64,000 nt of DNA from an uncultured Fibrobacterota bacterium (lineage in GTDB: Bacteria; Fibrobacterota; Chitinivibrionia; Chitinivibrionales; FEN-1185): NCBI GenBank assembly GCA_963729895.1, contig CAVSQB010000008.1, positions 1 to 64,000 on the forward strand, read 5' to 3'. Positions 58,536 to 64,000 of the stretch are shown piece by piece (positions within the stretch are counted from its first letter, which is position 1; each line of letters opens with the position of its first letter). The notes beneath the pieces are model-generated. The model was given only the letters and a program-made list of their open reading frames with translations. It was not told the DNA's origin and did no database searches. The position numbers and the translations under genes were made by a program.

Positions 58536-59717
58536 CTACCTGCACTTCTTTATCGCGTATTCGAACCCTTCAAACGACCGCTTGATGATCTCCTCGCTCA
58601 CGCAAAACACGATGCGGAAATACCCCGGCGCGCCGAAGCCCGTGCCCGGAACGACGAGCACGAGTTTTTCCCGCAGGACATTGACAAACTCAACATCGTT
58701 TCCTCCCGGCGCCTTGGGAAAGAGATAAAATGTTCCGCCCGGGGTGACAAAATCGTATCCCATGTTCCTGAGGTTTCCGCACAACAGGTCACGACGCCGC
58801 TTGTACAAATCGACATCCACGCTGATGCCCTGGGTCTTTGCCGCCACACGCTGCATGAGCGCGGGCGCGTTGACGTAGCCGAGGATGCGGTTGCAGAGGA
58901 TCATGCCGTCGAGAAGATTCCCCACATCATCGGCCTGCGGATGGACCGCGATATACCCGAGCCGCTCGCCCGGGATGGAAAGGTCCTTTGAGTATGAATT
59001 TACCACGATGCTGTTCCTGTAGTTTGAAAACAACGGCGGCACCGCGAGTCCGTCGTACACGATTTTCCTGTACGGCTCGTCGCTGATAAGATAAACGGCC
59101 CTGCCGGTTTCCGCGCTCTTCCGTTCGAGCATCCGGCCCAATTCCCTGATGGTCTGTTCCGGATACACCTTGCCGGTGGGATTGTTGGGCGAATTGATGA
59201 GTACGGCTGCGGTCTTCCTGTCAATCGCCTTTTCCAGGGCGGGAATGTCGAGATTGAAGTCGTCTTTGGTCTTTACCAGCACCATTGCTCCGCCGTGATT
59301 GCGTATGTAGAAATTGTATTCCACAAAATAGGGCACGTTCACCAGAACGGCGTCGCCCGGGTTCAGAATCGACTTGAGCGCCACATTGAGACCTCCGCCC
59401 GCGCCGCACGTCATGATGACATTGTTCTCGCCGGTGGCAACACCTTGCTCCCTGGACACAAATGCGGCAACGCTCTGCCGCGTCTCGAAGAATCCGGCGT
59501 TCGCCATATACCCGTGTTTGAGCGGAATCTTCTGATTTACAATATCAACAAGCGTCTTCTGAAACAGCGCAGGCGGCTCCAGGTCCGGATTCCCCAGAGT
59601 AAAGTCGCAGACGTTGTTCTCGCCGTGTTGTTTCTTGAGCTGGGCGCCCAGCTCGAACATCTTTCTGATGAACGACGAGTTGGCCATGGTTTCTTTGATG
59701 TGTGCTGCGACCGCCAT
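58536..59717 (-). CDS. PLP-dependent aminotransferase class I (aspartate aminotransferase-like)
   Basis: NSPNNPTG, SDEPY, SYSKDLSIPGERLG. Confidence 0.92.
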   Translation of the reverse strand: MAVAAHIKETMANSSFIRKMFELGAQLKKQHGENNVCDFTLGNPDLEPPALFQKTLVDIVNQKIPLKHGYMANAGFFETRQSVAAFVSREQGVATGENNVIMTCGAGGGLNVALKSILNPGDAVLVNVPYFVEYNFYIRNHGGAMVLVKTKDDFNLDIPALEKAIDRKTAAVLINSPNNPTGKVYPEQTIRELGRMLERKSAETGRAVYLISDEPYRKIVYDGLAVPPLFSNYRNSIVVNSYSKDLSIPGERLGYIAVHPQADDVGNLLDGMILCNRILGYVNAPALMQRVAAKTQGISVDVDLYKRRRDLLCGNLRNMGYDFVTPGGTFYLFPKAPGGNDVEFVNVLREKLVLVVPGTGFGAPGYFRIVFCVSEEIIKRSFEGFEYAIKKCR

Positions 59718-59809
59718 TCAAGGCTCCCTTCGTGCGAAAGAGGATTAGTCGTTGATCCGCTGCGTTTTGACCCGAGATACCTACGTCATCTCCGGCGCCA
59801 TATCTACCG

Positions 59810-60235
59810 TCACTCAAAGTCCTCACTGCCGCCCCGCCTGAACCGTTTTTTCTCCGCGTGCAGCCGTTTGCTCCGGACGCGGCGGACCCGCGATGCGTGC
59901 GTCGGCCTTGTTGTCCTGCGTTTTTTGGGTTCTTCGAGGGCTTTGCGGATCAGCGCCACCAGCCGGTCAATTGCGTCGCTGCGGTTGCGCTCCTGGGTGC
60001 GGAACCGGCTTGCCGAGATGATCACCTCGCCGTCCGACGTGGCGCGCGCACCCGCGATGGCGTGCAGGCGGCGCTTGACGTGATCCGGAAGCGAGGGCGA
60101 CGCCGCGGCATTGAACCTGAGCTGCGCGGCCGTGGAGACCTTGTTCACGTTCTGCCCGCCCGGTCCGCCGGACCGGACAAACGAAAACGACAGTTCCCGT
60201 TCGTCTATGCTGCACCGTGGCGTAATTTCGATCAT
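59810..60235 (-). CDS. arfB: Alternative ribosome-rescue peptidyl-tRNA hydrolase
   Basis: RSGGPGGQNVNKV with a basic C-terminal tail. Confidence 0.93.
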   Translation of the reverse strand: MIEITPRCSIDERELSFSFVRSGGPGGQNVNKVSTAAQLRFNAAASPSLPDHVKRRLHAIAGARATSDGEVIISASRFRTQERNRSDAIDRLVALIRKALEEPKKRRTTRPTHASRVRRVRSKRLHAEKKRFRRGGSEDFE

Positions 60236-60331
60236 GGCTTCCTGCAAAGGCGCCCGCGCCTCTCCGCCGGATCACCTGCAAAAAAAGGTTTCCTTCACCG
60301 GTTCCAAACGTGGCCGATGCGGCGGGTTCCT

Positions 60332-60859
60332 TTACCACCGATACAGCACGACCGCACCGTAGCTCCCGTTGTCCGCAACGGGAACCACCTGAACGTTTCT
60401 TATTTTGCTTCTCGTAAAAACCAGATTGCTCACAACGCCGATGGCCGCGCCGGCAAGAACGTCCAGGGGATAGTGCTCGTTTGACTCGATGCGGCTCCAT
60501 CCCACTAGCGCCGCCGCCCCGTATGCCGGAATCCCGTAGGCGGTTCCGTACCGTATGTCAAGAAAGGCGGCCCCGCACACGGCAGCCGACGTATGCGCCG
60601 ATGGAAACGATTGTGTGCCGCCGTCGGGGCGCGTTTCTTGTACCGAGTACTTGAGTCCATAGGTTACGGCAAGCGTACTTGCCAGCGCGGCTGAAAGCTG
60701 GACGCATCCTTTCCAGTCTTTGTGCCATGCTGCGATCCCGAGCGCGGCCGCCGGCAGCGCGTACTGGCCGACGTCGCCGGCCGTCTCAAAGTAGTCGGTG
60801 GCGCACGCGGGAAAGGCGGCCAAAAACGTGAAAACGATAATCACTGATGATCTTCTCAT
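60332..60859 (-). CDS. PAP2-family phosphatase
   Basis: K...ETRP, SFPSAH, SRIESNEH...DV. Confidence 0.88.
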   Translation of the reverse strand: MRRSSVIIVFTFLAAFPACATDYFETAGDVGQYALPAAALGIAAWHKDWKGCVQLSAALASTLAVTYGLKYSVQETRPDGGTQSFPSAHTSAAVCGAAFLDIRYGTAYGIPAYGAAALVGWSRIESNEHYPLDVLAGAAIGVVSNLVFTRSKIRNVQVVPVADNGSYGAVVLYRW

Positions 60860-60897
60860 CGGTAGCTTTCCCGGCCCGAACCTGAGTAGGCGATGTC

Positions 60898-61425
60898 CTA
60901 CACCAGGTCCCGGAAGTCCGCGCAGAATTTCTTTCGATCGCAGGCGCCGCAGTGCTTCCCCATCCACACTCCGTCGAATTCCTCCATGATGGCCTCTATG
61001 GTCCCCGCCTCGGTCGTCGCGATTCCCATTTCGAAATTACGGCGCGTGTCGCTCTTTGCGCCCATGCCCGCACCCGTGAGGTTCGCGCTGCCCATGTAGG
61101 CAAAGCCGCCGTCCACCACCACGCACTTGAAATGCACCCGCGGGCACAGGATTCTTTCCATCCCGTCGATCAGCGATGGATACTTGTCGAAGTCGGCTCG
61201 AAAGGCAGGGCCCGGCTCTTTTGCGTGGATGAGACGGATTGCAACGTCGTTCTTCGCCAAATCGGAAAGTTCTTCGAGAAACGGAACCATGCGGCGCTGT
61301 TTCGAGACATAGAGATCCTTGAGGTCCGACGTCCCCATCCATATAAAACGCCGGGCCTTGGGAATTTCCTCGAGAATTACCTTGGTGTAAATATCGCGGT
61401 CGGTAATGAATTGAACGGTTTGCAC
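60898..61425 (-). CDS. Single-HKD phospholipase D/nuclease family protein (start uncertain)
   Basis: HFKCVVVD, GSANLT, NFE; C-terminal CxxC. Confidence 0.85.
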   Translation of the reverse strand: MQTVQFITDRDIYTKVILEEIPKARRFIWMGTSDLKDLYVSKQRRMVPFLEELSDLAKNDVAIRLIHAKEPGPAFRADFDKYPSLIDGMERILCPRVHFKCVVVDGGFAYMGSANLTGAGMGAKSDTRRNFEMGIATTEAGTIEAIMEEFDGVWMGKHCGACDRKKFCADFRDLV

Positions 61426-61528
61426 GGATACTTCCGGACCGCGGGAACAAGGTGAGAAAGGACCTGCCATTCGTTCCGGCACAGAGGAAGATCCTCACGT
61501 GCCGGAATAAAGCTGTTGCGGGAGCGGG

Positions 61529-61657
61529 TCAGATGCCCATGGTTGAGGCTGAGCCGTATTTTGCGGCCTTTTTCGCCTGCTTCTCCAGCCGTTTTTCCTT
61601 GAGCGTTTTTGTCGGCTGTTTCTTGACATCTTTCTTTGTATCCTGGCTGTGCGACAT
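61529..61657 (-). CDS. Small lysine-rich protein (42 aa)
   Basis: RBS AGGAG; MSHSQDTKKDVKKQPTKTLKEKRLEKQAKK. Confidence 0.6.
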   Translation of the reverse strand: MSHSQDTKKDVKKQPTKTLKEKRLEKQAKKAAKYGSASTMGI

Positions 61658-61902
61658 ACGCATCACTCCTTTGTTTGAAGGATAAGGGCTCCCGCTTGCG
61701 CGGCAGATATGATAATATAAATATAAAAGTTGGAAATGCCTGAGTAAACAATATGGACCGCGCCGGTCGGTATTTGATTGTGCGTGCATGCCCGATCGCC
61801 CTGTTCCCGGAGCGCCGTCTCCAAGCGCCGGATCGAATCAATCAACAATTATCACACGACGGGAGATAGCGGCACAGACTCGTTTCATAACGGAGCTTTC
61901 GG

Positions 61903-62463
61903 TCAGTAAAGAACCCCACCGCCGGCGCCATATAACCTGAGCACCTCGCACGCCTTTTTCCGCGAAACTTCGCCTTTCACAACAATTCCCCGACGCCGCA
62001 GTTCCCTTTTCCAGCCGGAGTCGGTTGGTCCCTCATCGAACCCGACAATTCTTTCCACATCCTCGCGCCGGGCGCCGAACAATAGTCTCGTTACGCCGGA
62101 CCACACGAGTGCGCCAGAGCACATTGCGCACGGCTGCGCGGACGATGCAAGCACGTATTTTCCCGACGTCTTTACGCCCAGCCTGCATTCGGCGAGCGCG
62201 CGCTGCGCCATCATTATCGCCATGATTTCGGCGTGCGCAACCGAACAGGATTGTGCGACCACGCAGTTGACGCCAACGGAAACAAGCCCGCCCGCGGCCG
62301 TAAATATCGCGGCGCCAAACGGCCCGCCGGTTTTCTCTTGGACGTTCTTCTTTGCAAGACGGATGGCGAGAGCCATCATCTTTGCATCGGTATGGTATCC
62401 GCCACACGGCAGTTTTTCACCGGAAAGCCATGACGGCATGCGTATGAACAAGCTGGTTCTCAT
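61903..62463 (-). CDS. Nucleoside/guanine deaminase family protein
   Basis: GGPFGA, HAE, PCAMC, GFDEG. Confidence 0.9.
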   Translation of the reverse strand: MRTSLFIRMPSWLSGEKLPCGGYHTDAKMMALAIRLAKKNVQEKTGGPFGAAIFTAAGGLVSVGVNCVVAQSCSVAHAEIMAIMMAQRALAECRLGVKTSGKYVLASSAQPCAMCSGALVWSGVTRLLFGARREDVERIVGFDEGPTDSGWKRELRRRGIVVKGEVSRKKACEVLRLYGAGGGVLY

Positions 62464-63176
62464 GAGCTGGATAACGGTTGCGCGCCGAAAAAGTCTTTGT
62501 AAATCCTGTAGTGGCCGCATTCCCGGTACCCGATCGCCTCAATGGCCCGCGAATCGAAACTGTAAAGAACGGCCGAGGGGAGCGACAGCAGAATGGGAGA
62601 ATGTGTGGCGATGATGAACTGCGCGTGGCCCCTCACGGCCGTCTCGGAAAGCAAGGAACGCAGGCCGATCTGGCTTGCGGGCGACAGCCCGGTTTCCGGT
62701 TCGTCAAGAAAATACAGGCCCTTCACTTTGAAACACGCACGAAAGAACGACAGAATCGACTGGCCGTGGGACTGGCTCACCAGCGATTTCCCGCCGTAGT
62801 ACTCGAGCAGGCCTGGGTCCGTCTTGGCCCATTCGTCTATGATATGGGCATAGTTGCGGAAAAGATCGGAGCCGAAAAAGCAACCCGGCACCCGGCCGCC
62901 GGCCCATTCGACTTCGATGACCTTAAAGAATTCTTTTTCGAACGGGTTGTATTCGCACCTGTCCCTGCCCGTGTCCTCGCCCCAGATATAAATGCCGCAT
63001 AATCTGGACATCGCATGCATGAGCGTCGACTTTCCCGTGGCGTTTTCGCCGACAAAATACGTGACCGGCGCCGAGAATTCCAGACTGCGTGTATTCTGAA
63101 AAATAGACAGACTAAACGGATAGCGGTCTCTTACCGGGTACTTTTCATGGCAAAAGACGACTTTCTTCAGGTACAT
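62460..63176 (-). CDS. ABC-type ATPase (AAA_21-like)
   Basis: GENATGKST, SHGQ, LDEPE, ATHSP. Confidence 0.88.
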   Translation of the reverse strand: MYLKKVVFCHEKYPVRDRYPFSLSIFQNTRSLEFSAPVTYFVGENATGKSTLMHAMSRLCGIYIWGEDTGRDRCEYNPFEKEFFKVIEVEWAGGRVPGCFFGSDLFRNYAHIIDEWAKTDPGLLEYYGGKSLVSQSHGQSILSFFRACFKVKGLYFLDEPETGLSPASQIGLRSLLSETAVRGHAQFIIATHSPILLSLPSAVLYSFDSRAIEAIGYRECGHYRIYKDFFGAQPLSSS

Positions 63177-63216
63177 CGGGGCATCTTTCGTGATTCGGGG
63201 CGGCGCTGTAAGGCGG

Positions 63217-63447
63217 CTAGGAGCAGTATTTCCTGAAGCATTCCTCGGAAAGTTTTGCGCCCTGCTCCGTGAGCAACACGGATTTCGACTTGCTCTTTGG
63301 ATTGCTGATCAAGCCCTTCTGGAAAAGGCGTTCCATGGTGTCCCATTCCATGCCTTTCTAGGCGCGCACGCCGGCGTCGGAAGAAAAAGAAGTGAGGTGA
63401 AGCAGGGCAAGAGCCAGCTCGTCTACCTTTTCTTTGTTGTATTCCAT
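63217..63447 (-). pseudogene. DUF6429-like small protein with an in-frame TAG at codon 30
   Basis: MEYNKEKVDELALALLHL...VRA*KGMEWDTMERLFQKGLISNPKSKSKSVLLTEQG. Confidence 0.7.
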
Positions 63448-63679
63448 GGGCGGAATCCTTTTCTTGGGTCGGTGTAAAATCCCAACCACGATACGTAGAT
63501 ACTATTTCTCCTCTCTCAAAGCAAGAAAATACTGCGCCGCCGGCTTTGGCGGCCTCGACGATAAGATACATTTTTGCGCTGCGGGAACCTACCGCATCCG
63601 GGTGCACGCCGGAACGGATGCGGAGTCACCGGCACAAATGCTTATTCAAGTGAGCGGGAAATGAATTATTTTTAGCGCC

Positions 63680-64000
63680 ATGTTCAATTACGAAAAGAAC
63701 GAATTCCTTCGCGAAATCTTCTTCAAAACAAATGTCGTGCGAAAACCCATTTCAGGGATTGTGTCCGGATATCATGAGCTTCCGTACATCCTCGTTGCAC
63801 CCGACGAGTCCAACGAATCCGCTTCAATCGAGATTAACGGCAAGATAAATGTTTCGCCGAAGTTTGTGATCACGCCGAATATGATCGGCGAAACCTTCGG
63901 CGACGTGTTTGATCCCGAAACATTCGACAAGGAACTGCAGGGCAGGCTGTTCTCGTTCGCGTACGCCAGCAAGAAGAACGTGAAGATCGAAAACGAGTAT
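63680..64000 (+). CDS. Hypothetical protein, truncated by the window end
   Basis: Open frame MFNYEKNEFLREIFFKTNVVRKPISGIVSGYHELPYILV... runs to the edge. Confidence 0.7.
   Translation, partial: MFNYEKNEFLREIFFKTNVVRKPISGIVSGYHELPYILVAPDESNESASIEINGKINVSPKFVITPNMIGETFGDVFDPETFDKELQGRLFSFAYASKKNVKIENEY

Noticed and set aside
60898..63176. PLD nuclease + deaminase + ATPase as an anti-phage defence system
   Set aside because: All three are common stand-alone families with host-like composition, and the PLD is separated from the others by another gene and an intergenic gap; no support without a conservation search.

Overview
GC-rich bacterial chromosome segment from a probable anaerobe (Ech [NiFe] hydrogenase, flavodiiron protein, ThiH, bifurcating-type ETF). 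The gene content is loosely suggestive of Fibrobacterota/Chitinivibrionia, which is inference only. (1) 1-7164: a decayed integron with attC sites, a self-promoted antitoxin/PIN-toxin cassette, an IS-split cassette ORF and a possible integrase N-terminal stub. It is riddled with an IS1182-family element that duplicates GTT, and 1-6777 is a near-perfect fold-back palindrome, probably an amplification or assembly artefact. (2) 8145-12502, the most interesting feature: a tightly coupled minus-strand operon of a U32-family Fe-S protein, a geranylgeranyl-reductase-family flavoprotein and an oxidosqualene-cyclase (OSC)-type triterpene cyclase, with no squalene monooxygenase. It is a candidate O2-independent sterol/triterpenoid pathway. 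(3) The rest is mostly housekeeping and metabolism: rluD, lspA, UbiA/DGGGPS-like, thiSGH, cysE, metA, fprA, GH84, hisS, oriC-like region plus dnaA, nadB, rpsU, ybeY, etfBA, hisG, GH2, echABCDEF, arfB. These genes are punctuated by seven copies of a modular, hairpin-rich intergenic repeat and a third IS copy. No rRNA, tRNA or CRISPR array was recognised.
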